Origin: a virus
Reading direction: 5' to 3' (one strand)
IMG/VR virus record: IMGVR_UViG_3300011113_000491
Coordinates: 32,001 to 96,000 of that record
DNA length: 64,000 bases
The position numbers were made by a program, and so were the translations under genes. Below the pieces are notes generated by a model, which was not told where the DNA came from, ran no database searches, and saw nothing but the letters and a program-made list of their open reading frames with translations. Below are positions 18,120 to 26,779 of this stretch, piece by piece (within the stretch, counting starts at the first letter, position 1; the number at the start of each line of letters is the position of its first letter).

Positions 18120-18189
18120 AAAATCTCCTTCCCGAAGATCTCCTTCGGACTAAACTAAACGGTGGGAACTCCCCACCACCAACAAGACA

Positions 18190-18218
18190 AGTATACCACA
18201 CTACCATTCGCCGTTCAA
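18190..18218 (-). promoter_or_regulatory. sigma70-type promoter of gp32
   Basis: TTGAAC-17-TATACT with extended TG. Confidence 0.7.
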
Positions 18219-18442
18219 GCAAAAGGTAGTGAGTTCTTTTTTCTTGGCAAAAGATTTAACTTCTGACCCTCTTCCTGTAATTTTTCAATTATTGGTTGGG
18301 ACAAAAGTTTAGGGGACACAGTAATATCAATGGAGTTTTCCTCCAAAATATAAATTATTGCGTCCATGTAGGAACATTCTTTTTCTTTTACTCTATTTTC
18401 GACTTTCTTAGAAAAGTCTTCTTTGGTTAATTCAATAAACAT
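18215..18442 (-). CDS. gp33: Late transcription coactivator gp33
   Basis: FS..VE..V......YMDAI and KL..E...LNLL motifs; adjacent to gp32; TATAAATA at 18455-18462. Confidence 0.88.
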   Translation of the reverse strand: MFIELTKEDFSKKVENRVKEKECSYMDAIIYILEENSIDITVSPKLLSQPIIEKLQEEGQKLNLLPRKKNSLPFA

Positions 18443-18497
18443 ATGTTATCCTTCTATTTATATTACCATTATACATAGCTTCTAGAAGGAATCAAGG

Positions 18498-19760
18498 ATG
18501 CCATACACATTCGATAATATTTTAATTACAACAGCAACGGGTGACGCATATCTAGCAACAGACTGGGGAACTAGTGGTACTGGATTTACACAATCACATG
18601 TCCCTATTTCAAAAATAGCATATGGTGATGATGCAACGACATCCCGAGTAACTACTGCAACCCCCCTACCAATTTATATGTACGGTTCGACTGGTTCTGT
18701 TACAGTCACTGGTACTGTTTCTGGCAGCGGCACCTTCTTGGTGGATAATATCAATTCTAGTTCATTCCTTAAAGTGGGTGGAACTACATTTGCCACCACA
18801 CTGATCGGAGTAACAGGAACCGTCCAGGGAATTTCTGGTGGAACTCCAATAGGAGTCACTGGAACCGTATCAATTTCCAATAATCAATTTGGTGTATATG
18901 GAATTTCTGGTGCAACAGCAATTGGTATTACTGGTGGTAGAAGGTCTAATTATCTAACAGACTCAGTATCTGTATATGGTAATGTTGGCATCAGTGGATC
19001 TTTAAATCTTGCGGCCGCAACCAATAGTATTTCTGTTTTTGGATCAGACGCAGGAGCTAAAGTACTCACAAGATTGTACTCGTCAGATGGAACCACTCTT
19101 GGAGTTTCGGGAGACGCACTTAAGGTTGCTATAACAAATTCGGGAGTTACCTTTAGTGTTACTATTGGAGCAGAGATAGGAATAACAAATTCTGGTCCAA
19201 GCGGAATCATGGTAAGAGGAACTGGGGTAACAAGTGATCATCCGGTTCTAGTTCAAGGAATTGCCGCTGATGGGTCAATAGAAGTTTCTGCAACATCAAA
19301 TCTCCCCGTTACTGTTCAAAATGCATCTTTAGTAATAGATGATGCAGATTTACTTAGCGCACTGGGAACAAGTGGAACTTTACATACTGATTTGGTTTCA
19401 ATTAGAACAAACACATCCTCAGTTAGTTCTATAAATGACAAACTGACAAATGGAACACTACAAGTAAAAATTGTAGAATCTAACAAACCAAGCACACTAA
19501 GAAGTGGAAAGAAGATTGCAACTGTTACTTCTTCACAATTAGTGTCAAATTCTACTAGATTAAATTCTGGAGTACATATCAAGGCATCAGTCGATAACAC
19601 TTCAATTTGTTATGTGGGTTCTACTGCGTTAAACTCTGATACCACTGGAGGATTCCCACTTTCGCCAGGAGAGTCTATCTTCATAGAAATAGGAACTCTT
19701 TCTAGTGTTTATGTTAGAAGTGTTTCGGGAAGTCAAACACTACATTACATAGCATCGTAA
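18498..19760 (+). CDS. Gly/Thr/Ser-rich virion structural protein
   Basis: VTGTV repeats; C-terminal GFPLSPGESIFI; variant late promoter TATACATA at 18470-18477. Confidence 0.6.
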   Translation: MPYTFDNILITTATGDAYLATDWGTSGTGFTQSHVPISKIAYGDDATTSRVTTATPLPIYMYGSTGSVTVTGTVSGSGTFLVDNINSSSFLKVGGTTFATTLIGVTGTVQGISGGTPIGVTGTVSISNNQFGVYGISGATAIGITGGRRSNYLTDSVSVYGNVGISGSLNLAAATNSISVFGSDAGAKVLTRLYSSDGTTLGVSGDALKVAITNSGVTFSVTIGAEIGITNSGPSGIMVRGTGVTSDHPVLVQGIAADGSIEVSATSNLPVTVQNASLVIDDADLLSALGTSGTLHTDLVSIRTNTSSVSSINDKLTNGTLQVKIVESNKPSTLRSGKKIATVTSSQLVSNSTRLNSGVHIKASVDNTSICYVGSTALNSDTTGGFPLSPGESIFIEIGTLSSVYVRSVSGSQTLHYIAS

Positions 19761-19761
19761 A

Positions 19762-20823
19762 ATGAATCCAAATAATGTCAAATCTACAAAGGTTCAAACA
19801 AAAAAGAACTTTGAAAAAAAGTCCACAAGTTCGTTTGTAACATGTAGATCTGGCATATTTTATGGACTTATTTACGAAGACATAGTATCTAATGAATTAA
19901 ATACATCCTCTGGGTTGGTTGCCACACCGAATTTTATTTTTATGGACAATCAAACTAAAGTTTTCATAGATTTTTCTGACTATAAAAATTCAGAAGAAAC
20001 TCCACAGGAATTCAAAAAATTTTGGGATTTGGCTGAAAAGGGTTCTACATTTTCGGTATCTAGTGCAGAACTATATGACAGCAATACAAATAAAAAATAT
20101 GATGTTTCTGGAACCTATGAAATTTTAGAAATAAGAAAAGAAATGATATATGCGTCGGTAATTTCAGTTGCTAAAATTGACACAAATTTAGACACATATT
20201 CAAAACAAAATTTTAAATATACTCCAGTATTTCAAATCAACACAAATTTATCAATAACATCAGAACCAAATACAACGATGATAGTAAATAAGTTTGGAAT
20301 CGATAGCAAAAACTCATTTTCTTTTTTGGGAATTGTTATTGGAGATAAAATAAAAATCCAAAACAACGATACTGCATATGATGTTTTGGATTATAAAATA
20401 GATTCTATCGGTAGAGAAATTTTAAAAATAAAAGGTGAGATTGCAGACGAAGACCGCAATCTCACCAAAACACTAGTTCAAGTTCTAGTGCGTGTTAATC
20501 CTAATGTAGAATATCCTGAAATAATTTTAGAGGATGAAGTTATTGGTTCTTGCAAATACACCGACGGCGATGGAACAATAAAATGTTACGATAAACAAAC
20601 CGCATCTCAATGTAATTGTAGAAAACAAAAAGTAAATTCCTTTATAGAGTTTTCGGCAAATACAAATTGTGAAGGTGAATTTTTGTATAACAAAAAAACA
20701 AATACTATAATTTCTACAACAGAATCCACTCAATCATCAGAAGTTGTCTTGAGTAGATTGGTAAAGGACATAAGTAAAAAAATAAGCACTTTACCAAACA
20801 TGACTACTGGTAAGATTTTTTAA
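19762..20823 (+). CDS. Hypothetical late protein with a Cys-containing C-terminal segment
   Basis: Long ORF coupled to the upstream gene. Confidence 0.6.
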   Translation: MNPNNVKSTKVQTKKNFEKKSTSSFVTCRSGIFYGLIYEDIVSNELNTSSGLVATPNFIFMDNQTKVFIDFSDYKNSEETPQEFKKFWDLAEKGSTFSVSSAELYDSNTNKKYDVSGTYEILEIRKEMIYASVISVAKIDTNLDTYSKQNFKYTPVFQINTNLSITSEPNTTMIVNKFGIDSKNSFSFLGIVIGDKIKIQNNDTAYDVLDYKIDSIGREILKIKGEIADEDRNLTKTLVQVLVRVNPNVEYPEIILEDEVIGSCKYTDGDGTIKCYDKQTASQCNCRKQKVNSFIEFSANTNCEGEFLYNKKTNTIISTTESTQSSEVVLSRLVKDISKKISTLPNMTTGKIF

Positions 20824-21152
20824 ACCCTACGAACTGACTTTACCTTATTGCTCTTTGGCATATCAACAGAAATCTTGTTTATCTTGTGGTTCACATTTTC
20901 AAGTTGATCTTGCATTTCGTAGTAACGATTAAAAAGAGTATCGTTCTCCCTCTTATAAACAGTTATCTGATCCATAATTTCATTCTTCATCACATATTGT
21001 TCATATGGTAGAAGAATGAAAGACCATACATTAGCAAGACAAGAGAACATAAGGCAAACAGCAACAGCAACGCGGTCGCCACCAAGAAATGCTCCAGCAC
21101 CAATACCAATTGCAAGACACGACAGAAGATTCAAAATCCTAATTTTACTCAT
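20820..21152 (-). CDS. Hypothetical membrane protein (start corrected to MSKIRIL)
   Basis: Two hydrophobic segments plus coiled coil; AAAGGA upstream. Confidence 0.6.
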   Translation of the reverse strand: MSKIRILNLLSCLAIGIGAGAFLGGDRVAVAVCLMFSCLANVWSFILLPYEQYVMKNEIMDQITVYKRENDTLFNRYYEMQDQLENVNHKINKISVDMPKSNKVKSVRRV

Positions 21153-21546
21153 AGAGTTTCCTTTCATCATCAGAGAGTAGTTCAAAACCAGTATCCGTAG
21201 TATACCAAATCTCATCAAACATTTCAATACACCAAGGTAAGCAGTGTTTGCATGGTTTGGAGTTGCGAAGTTGCTCAAATCGATTCATACGGATATTGAC
21301 CAGTTTGAGTTTACGAAGATCCTTCTTGTACTTCTTTGGAAGTTTGTTAAAGGCATCTAGTTCAGAGTGAACACAACCAATGACATAACCATACTTGTTT
21401 GCCAGTGGATGAGTCTTAAAAACATTTGTACCAACAGAAACAAGTTTGCTCTTGTGATAAATTAAACTTACATGCTTCTTTTGTCGCTGAAGTCCTAGAC
21501 AAATTGGCTTCACATCACGAAGAATGTCGTTGAAGTCGAGAATCAT
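21145..21546 (-). CDS. Cytidine/dCMP deaminase-fold zinc protein
   Basis: HSE...SKPCKHC zinc-deaminase motif; the longer ORF start overlaps the tRNA, so start corrected. Confidence 0.75.
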   Translation of the reverse strand: MILDFNDILRDVKPICLGLQRQKKHVSLIYHKSKLVSVGTNVFKTHPLANKYGYVIGCVHSELDAFNKLPKKYKKDLRKLKLVNIRMNRFEQLRNSKPCKHCLPWCIEMFDEIWYTTDTGFELLSDDERKLYE

Positions 21547-21552
21547 ATCAAA

Positions 21553-21627
21553 CACGGGTGACAGGAATCGAACCTGCATCATCCAGTTACGGTAAATCTG
21601 TTTAGAAGACAGAGCCGATACACCCGT
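21553..21627 (-). tRNA. tRNA-Arg(UCU)-like RNA lacking a D-arm
   Basis: Acceptor ACGGGTG/CACCCGT, anticodon arm TCTGT-CTTCTAA-ACAGA, T-arm GCAGG-TTCGATT-CCTGT; only 7 nt between acceptor and anticodon stems. Confidence 0.75.
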
Positions 21628-21676
21628 AAATAGAACATTCGTTCTTTACATATATATTATACTAGGAGTTCGATTC

Positions 21677-22146
21677 ATGTCAATTCATAAATGTAAACTT
21701 TGCAATAAACAAACAAAAAATCCTAAATTTTGTAGTAGTAGTTGTTCTGCAACATTTAATAACAAAATGAATCCAAAAAGAAAACCAGAAGGCAAATGTA
21801 AAACTTGTAATATAGCAATAAATAAAAGTAGAAAATATTGTAAAAAATGTTATGATAAATTTTGTTCTACTGAAGACTATACATTAGAGCAAGCGATTTA
21901 TGATAAACATCATAGATCCTCGGCATATGCACTAGTGCGTTCTCGCGCCAGATCAACAGAAAAAGCAAAAATACAAAAAGATGTGAAATCTGTAATTACT
22001 CAAAGCACATAGAGGTATGTCATATTAAACCAATATCGTCGTTTCCGTTGAATTCTCTATTAAGTGAGATCAACAAAAACGACAATATAATTTGTCTTTG
22101 CCCCAATTGTCATTGGGAATTTGACAATGGTTTAATTAAACTGTAA
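21677..22146 (+). pseudogene. Frameshifted HNH homing endonuclease
   Basis: N-terminal zinc fingers (KFCSSSC) in one frame; C-terminal CEIC...EVCHIKP...LCPNCHWEFD in the -1 frame from about 21970 to TAA 22146. Confidence 0.8.
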
Positions 22147-22450
22147 GTTTCAGATCTGCCGGATTAATCACGCTCTTGGTGGGTGGCACAAAAAGACCAC
22201 CAACAATCACGGTCGTATAGTGATCTTCAAGTTCCTTCTGTGCAGGGACGGTGAAAAGAACATGCTTGCTATCTAGTGTAATACCGCCCTCAATATCGGC
22301 ATATGGTAGCCACTTTGCGAACATGAGCTTGCCTTCAGGGGTTGGCAGAAGAACTGCCGGATCCTTTAGAGTGAGAGTGCCTTCACCCTCAGTAACATTT
22401 GCAATAATTTCTTCACCACTAACAAGACGAGTAATCAAAATATTAGCCAT
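22136..22450 (-). CDS. Conserved small T4-like protein, probable Sm-like fold
   Basis: RLVSGEEIIA...LKDP...W.PY pattern; AGGAG SD. Confidence 0.65.
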   Translation of the reverse strand: MANILITRLVSGEEIIANVTEGEGTLTLKDPAVLLPTPEGKLMFAKWLPYADIEGGITLDSKHVLFTVPAQKELEDHYTTVIVGGLFVPPTKSVINPADLKLTV

Positions 22451-22459
22451 AATATCTCC

Positions 22460-22681
22460 TTAATTTTCACACTGGCAACAACGACCCATAATACGATCCC
22501 AAAGCGAACACTTTGGTGGTTTATCTACCGGCCAACATTGACCGGTTACATCTTCTAAGCAATTTGAGTTTTTGACATCAATTGCACGGGATGATGCTTC
22601 AATGAATTCATCTTCTGTGAATAGAAGATCAATGCATCTACCATCAATCACTTTCTTTACATGAATATATTCATTGCTCAT
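22460..22681 (-). CDS. Hypothetical protein, paralog of 53056-53310
   Basis: AAGGA SD; shared G.C..LL..E.E.....RAID.KN motif. Confidence 0.65.
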   Translation of the reverse strand: MSNEYIHVKKVIDGRCIDLLFTEDEFIEASSRAIDVKNSNCLEDVTGQCWPVDKPPKCSLWDRIMGRCCQCEN

Positions 22682-22698
22682 AAAAACATCCTTTATAA

Positions 22699-23062
22699 TG
22701 GAGGCCGGGGGAGTCGAACCCCCGTGTACCCTATACTTATGTATAAGCCCTACATGATTAGTTTCTTTTCATAAACAATTTCGTAAGGTAAGAAACAAAC
22801 TTACGAATTGCTTTGACTGTTAATTTCGAATCGTTTACCAGTCACTCACGATTCTATCAGATTTGAGAAGTCAGGAATTATCTGAGTCACTTCCTGTACC
22901 CTCTTGACGGTCCTAGTGAATTAAGGATCGACTGTTTCTCAAGCAGCCATTGCAAATGCTCTAGTGTTGGCATTTGTGGTTTGGTTGTTTTTAACGAAGC
23001 CATCAACCATCTTCGTCATGCTCTTCTACATTTGTCTAGAATATCGAATCCGATTGGCCCCC
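22699..23062 (-). ncRNA. ssrA: tmRNA, tag ANTRAFAMAA
   Basis: 5-prime GGGGGCC..GGATTCGA; 3-prime GGGGGTTCGACTCCCCC-GGCCTCCA with G3-U70; tag ORF at 22971-22939 ending AA-TGA; 364 nt. Confidence 0.95.
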
Positions 23063-23665
23063 TTAGTCTTGCTTGTGGATCTTAATCTTACCACCACTCA
23101 TGGTATAATTCAAGTCCCTTTTAATAATTCCGCCTTGTTTTCCTGCTTCAATTTGGGCAATGACTCTAGCATTTCCTTTGCCCTTTGGCACATTGGTTAC
23201 ATTGATTGCACCCTTTGCTACGCCGCCAAAGTTTCCTGAAATTTGTCTAGTGTTGCCCTTTGGTCCTACCAAAAAGAAAGAACCCTGATGACGAACAACA
23301 TGGTGTTCTTCACCGGGTTGACCTTCTTGGGTTCTAACTACTACTGAAGCAACTTGTCCGTCCTTTAGACCCTTGAGAGTTTCTACTTCTCCCTCGTATC
23401 GTTTGGCGTGTTGTTCTTGCTTCTTTGCCGCAACTTTACCAGCAGCAGTTCTTTCTTCTGCCGCTTTTCTATCTGCTGCTCGTTTTCTGGCAGCAGCACC
23501 TTGTCTCATTTTTTCACCAACGGCAATAGACATTCTTTTATTTTCTGCCTCCATGCCCTTTGCGTGCATTTTTGCTTGTCTGAAAGTTTTTGCAGAGCTT
23601 TCTTGTAAAGATCCCCATGCGCCTGACTTGACTAACGATTCTAAAAGTCCTCTGAGTGTTTTCAT
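23063..23665 (-). CDS. Late basic protein with CTS-like start MKTLRGLLE
   Basis: TATAAATA at 23682-23689; GAGG SD; stop codon abuts the tmRNA 5-prime end. Confidence 0.7.
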   Translation of the reverse strand: MKTLRGLLESLVKSGAWGSLQESSAKTFRQAKMHAKGMEAENKRMSIAVGEKMRQGAAARKRAADRKAAEERTAAGKVAAKKQEQHAKRYEGEVETLKGLKDGQVASVVVRTQEGQPGEEHHVVRHQGSFFLVGPKGNTRQISGNFGGVAKGAINVTNVPKGKGNARVIAQIEAGKQGGIIKRDLNYTMSGGKIKIHKQD

Positions 23666-23696
23666 ATAGTACCTCAAAGGATATTTATAATGGAAA

Positions 23697-23789
23697 TCAC
23701 TTCATCCGAGCGAGTTTCATTGCACGACGCTTCTTTGAACCCATCTTACGACGGCGCCCAAACTTTGTATGTGTTCCTTTGCGACTCAT
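23697..23789 (-). CDS. 30-aa very basic peptide MSRKGTHTKFGRRRKMGSKKRRAMKLARMK
   Basis: Perfect AAGGAGG SD; fills the intergenic gap; below the ORF-track cutoff. Confidence 0.65.
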   Translation of the reverse strand: MSRKGTHTKFGRRRKMGSKKRRAMKLARMK

Positions 23790-23815
23790 ATTACCTCCTT
23801 AATATTTGTTGATTA

Positions 23816-24904
23816 TTACTTTGCTCCCAAAACATCTCTTCCGAGTATACCATTGGTTGTCAGCATATGGAAGGATGTATCTGCCAAAATGTCGAAAGAA
23901 AGTTGCTCGTAAAATCCGTTTGCTCCCCAAGGTGTTCCTTCGTGCCACAAACCTCTCTGCTGTGGTGGTGGAGTTGAGGATCCATTCCACCCTGCCCGGG
24001 CACGACGATCAGCGTCCATGACTTCAGAGACTGCAACGCCACTCACATGACCGTCAAAGAACAGGGCATTTGGTGTACTACTATTTCCTTGATTAAAGAA
24101 CCAAGGAGTGTATCCTCCAGCAAATCCCGGATTGAGTGGGCCACCGTCTTGATTCTGTAGCCAATAGAACTCAATCATGCGAGTCTTTAGTTCAGAATAC
24201 TTTGCTTGCCCCTGTGTGGGACACTTGTATCCTGCGGGAAGAGTGTTAGGGTTTCTGAATCCCTTGTCCGAAAGCACATCTGGATTCCACAATGCCGCAG
24301 GACTCCACACATATGTTGAAAACACTACTTGTCCCGGTTGATTGGGAAGCAAAGTAAATTCGCCCGGACTACCTAGACCTTCCTCTGCTCGTTCCATTGT
24401 CAGTTTGTCCTTTGGAGCAACAAAGGTGCGGTCATAGAAACGACCATTGATGTAACTATTGAACGCCTTCACATTAGGCAATCGGTAATAGCCGAATCCG
24501 CCGTTGGTGAAAGTCCACTCGTTTGGATGGTACACAATCCAATTGTTACACCCTCCCGGTTGTGTAGGCGGACACAAGCCACCGCCCAACCAGTACCCAT
24601 ACAAGTTTCCCTGACTATCCCATCCCAAAATTTGTTGACCGGGACATCCAATAGTATTCAGATACGTTTGGCAACCTCCGTTAGCAAGACCAAAATCGTC
24701 TGCTGCCTGTGTAAACTGACGGTCAGCATAATCAGCCCCGTAAGTAGCATTAGCAGCAGCTAGATTTCGTAGATTACCAAGACTCTGAGTCACTAGAGCA
24801 GCATCTCTTGCTCGTCCCAGTGCAGGAAGCAAAATTGCAATCAGTAGTGAGATAATAGCAACAACAACCAACAACTCAACAATAGTAAATGCCTTCTTTT
24901 TCAT
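23816..24904 (-). CDS. Prepilin-type N-terminal cleavage/methylation protein (DUF1559 / planctomycete pseudopilin family)
   Basis: KKKAFTIVELLVVVAIISLLIAILLPALGRAR..A......NL and C-terminal NALFFDGHV. Confidence 0.9.
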   Translation of the reverse strand: MKKKAFTIVELLVVVAIISLLIAILLPALGRARDAALVTQSLGNLRNLAAANATYGADYADRQFTQAADDFGLANGGCQTYLNTIGCPGQQILGWDSQGNLYGYWLGGGLCPPTQPGGCNNWIVYHPNEWTFTNGGFGYYRLPNVKAFNSYINGRFYDRTFVAPKDKLTMERAEEGLGSPGEFTLLPNQPGQVVFSTYVWSPAALWNPDVLSDKGFRNPNTLPAGYKCPTQGQAKYSELKTRMIEFYWLQNQDGGPLNPGFAGGYTPWFFNQGNSSTPNALFFDGHVSGVAVSEVMDADRRARAGWNGSSTPPPQQRGLWHEGTPWGANGFYEQLSFDILADTSFHMLTTNGILGRDVLGAK

Positions 24905-24917
24905 ATATTCTCCTTAA

Positions 24918-25436
24918 TTAAAGTAGTCCCATCTCTTCATCCAGTCTAGTCATCTTTTCTAGTGCTTGCTTAGAAAACAGCTTACGAATAGCCTCTAGGT
25001 GGCCGTTGCTGTCTGCACCATGTTCGATACGACAGTCGATCTCGTTCATGATGCGACCCTTTTCTAACCAAGCCTCGTCGCGTTCCTTACGCAATTCCTC
25101 ATTCTCTTTACGAAGTCGATCATTCATTTCAAGAAAACTCTTATCTTGTCCCTTAAGGAATTTGTCAAAGTCACTTACCGATTGTGGAAATCCTGGCCAC
25201 TTTCTCTCATCATTGAAATAATTCCAACCACGGGAGTTGGCGTAATCTCCTGCAAGGAATCCAGTCAGGTGATGAAAGCCACAGACTTCCCACCTTGCTT
25301 CATCACGCTCCTGCACCAACTTGTTTATCTCAGCAATAGCACGACCAATCAAGATCTGATGAAATGTATCTCGGCTACCGCTGTTGATGTAGTTGTTCAG
25401 AACATCAACGATTTCGCCTTCTGTTGGTTCAATCAT
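24918..25436 (-). CDS. Hypothetical protein with two ERDEA coiled-coil segments
   Basis: Coupled operon ORF. Confidence 0.6.
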   Translation of the reverse strand: MIEPTEGEIVDVLNNYINSGSRDTFHQILIGRAIAEINKLVQERDEARWEVCGFHHLTGFLAGDYANSRGWNYFNDERKWPGFPQSVSDFDKFLKGQDKSFLEMNDRLRKENEELRKERDEAWLEKGRIMNEIDCRIEHGADSNGHLEAIRKLFSKQALEKMTRLDEEMGLL

Positions 25437-25624
25437 TGTAGAAGATCCTTATCAATTGCACATCCGTGCAGTGCTTCAAGTTCACTAATCCTCAGATTCA
25501 TTGCGTCACACACATTGAGAATGCCAAAAAGAATAACACAATTGACCAGCATCATAAAAAGCAAAATACTAATTAAAATGAAAACAAGATTGAATTGCTT
25601 ACCAGTTGAATTATTGTAACTCAT
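25433..25624 (-). CDS. Small membrane protein
   Basis: Single hydrophobic helix; overlapping start/stop codons. Confidence 0.55.
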   Translation of the reverse strand: MSYNNSTGKQFNLVFILISILLFMMLVNCVILFGILNVCDAMNLRISELEALHGCAIDKDLLQ

Positions 25625-25887
25625 TCGTAGTTTCCTCTGTCAGTCCACTTATCTTCGTAGAGATCGTGAATTTCTTGTTCAAGTTTTGCTATATCTTTCC
25701 TATAGCACTCGGCCTTGAATTGCCAGTATGCCCGTTCACGGGCCATTGATTGCATTGATTGAATCGTCTTGTCAATGAGAGTATGCACCTCTTTTTCTCC
25801 AAGAGTCAATTCAGTCATAGACCTTTTATATAAAGCATCCATGAGAATTTGCTCTTCGTTTGTAAACTCACGATTGTCAATGCTCAT
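25621..25887 (-). CDS. Hypothetical protein
   Basis: AAGGAG SD; ATGA overlaps. Confidence 0.6.
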   Translation of the reverse strand: MSIDNREFTNEEQILMDALYKRSMTELTLGEKEVHTLIDKTIQSMQSMARERAYWQFKAECYRKDIAKLEQEIHDLYEDKWTDRGNYE

Positions 25888-26081
25888 ACGAAACTCCTTT
25901 GGTATCGTTCCTTGATCGTCTTACATTCGATTCTAGCGGCGCCGTCCTTGTGCATCTTACGCTGCTTGGTAATGACTTTTCCCATACCAACAGGACGGCA
26001 TGCCAGTTGACGATGACGAGCAATAGCATTTGCCTGTTGCTCCATCATCAGATCAATTTCATCAATCTTACGCTTTGCCAT
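25884..26081 (-). CDS. Small basic hypothetical protein (start MAKRK)
   Basis: TAATG coupling with the upstream ORF. Confidence 0.55.
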   Translation of the reverse strand: MAKRKIDEIDLMMEQQANAIARHRQLACRPVGMGKVITKQRKMHKDGAARIECKTIKERYQRSFV

Positions 26082-26260
26082 TAGATGGCCTTTCCAACAT
26101 ACCAATTCTTGACTGCATCTTCTGCCAGACGATATGAGTTGTATGTCTTGGCATTTACGATAACTTCATCTTCGTAAAAGTTAACAACATAAACAGGCAT
26201 ACTAGTCTCGCCATTAAGCATTGTTTCAATTTCTGCTGACTTCAAAGGTTTGGTTTCCAT
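26081..26260 (-). CDS. 59-aa hypothetical protein (METKPLKSAEIE...)
   Basis: Manual translation; starts immediately after tRNA-Ile. Confidence 0.5.
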   Translation of the reverse strand: METKPLKSAEIETMLNGETSMPVYVVNFYEDEVIVNAKTYNSYRLAEDAVKNWYVGKAI

Positions 26261-26262
26261 AA

Positions 26263-26333
26263 TGCGCCGACCTGGTGCTGCCCCAGTTTTAGACCGTTAT
26301 AAGCGGCCCTGCGAAGCTGTCCGCCCTCGGCGC
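26263..26333 (-). tRNA. tRNA-Ile(UAU) with non-canonical T-loop
   Basis: Acceptor GCGCCGA/TCGGCGC, D stem GCGG/TCGC, anticodon arm GGCCG-CTTATAA-CGGTC, T-arm CTGG-GGCAGCA-CCAG. Confidence 0.75.
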
Positions 26334-26341
26334 GTGTGAGT

Positions 26342-26369
26342 ATTGTAAACTATTCTGACGGATTGTCAA
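26342..26369 (-). promoter_or_regulatory. sigma70 promoter of tRNA-Ile
   Basis: TTGACA-16-TACAAT directly upstream of the tRNA. Confidence 0.75.
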
Positions 26370-26592
26370 TAGGTGTTTCAAAAGAAAGTTTACATTTCTT
26401 TTGAGTCACATGACCGTTAACGGTCTTGACAAGGTAATTGGACTTTTGCCGGTCATCGTCGTGACCTAGGCGATATCCAAGTTCAGGAACGCTATCCTTG
26501 AATGTCTGAAGCAAAGAGATTAGCTCCTGGCACTTCGTAATGGCATCCTGTTCCGTCATATTCAGGGGAATGTCAATGTAGAATCGAAACAT
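26350..26592 (-). CDS. Hypothetical protein
   Basis: ORF track; TAATG coupling. Confidence 0.55.
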   Translation of the reverse strand: MFRFYIDIPLNMTEQDAITKCQELISLLQTFKDSVPELGYRLGHDDDRQKSNYLVKTVNGHVTQKKCKLSFETPIDNPSE

Positions 26593-26708
26593 TATTCTTC
26601 GTCCATTTTTCTAAATAATACAATCAAACCAACTATAACAAAGGTGTAGAAAAACATAACACCAATGAACTGTGGCCACGATATGTAATCTTTTAAAGTT
26701 TCTTCCAT
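26592..26708 (-). CDS. 38-aa membrane peptide (MEETLKDYISWPQFIGVMFFYTFVIVGLIVLFRKMDEE)
   Basis: Manual translation; GGAG SD; one TM helix. Confidence 0.5.
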   Translation of the reverse strand: MEETLKDYISWPQFIGVMFFYTFVIVGLIVLFRKMDEE

Positions 26709-26725
26709 ATGAACTCCCTGAAGGA

Positions 26726-26758
26726 AACGGGGCCAGACCCTTTCGAATCTGGCCCCGT
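26726..26758 (-). terminator. Hairpin terminator
   Basis: ACGGGGCCAGA/TCTGGCCCCGT stem followed by a short U run. Confidence 0.65.
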
Positions 26759-26779
26759 CGAATCACTCAGTTGTTAGTA

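Noticed and set aside
21955-21985. Programmed frameshift in the HNH gene
   Set aside because: No correctly phased X XXY YYZ heptamer or downstream stem; simple indel more likely
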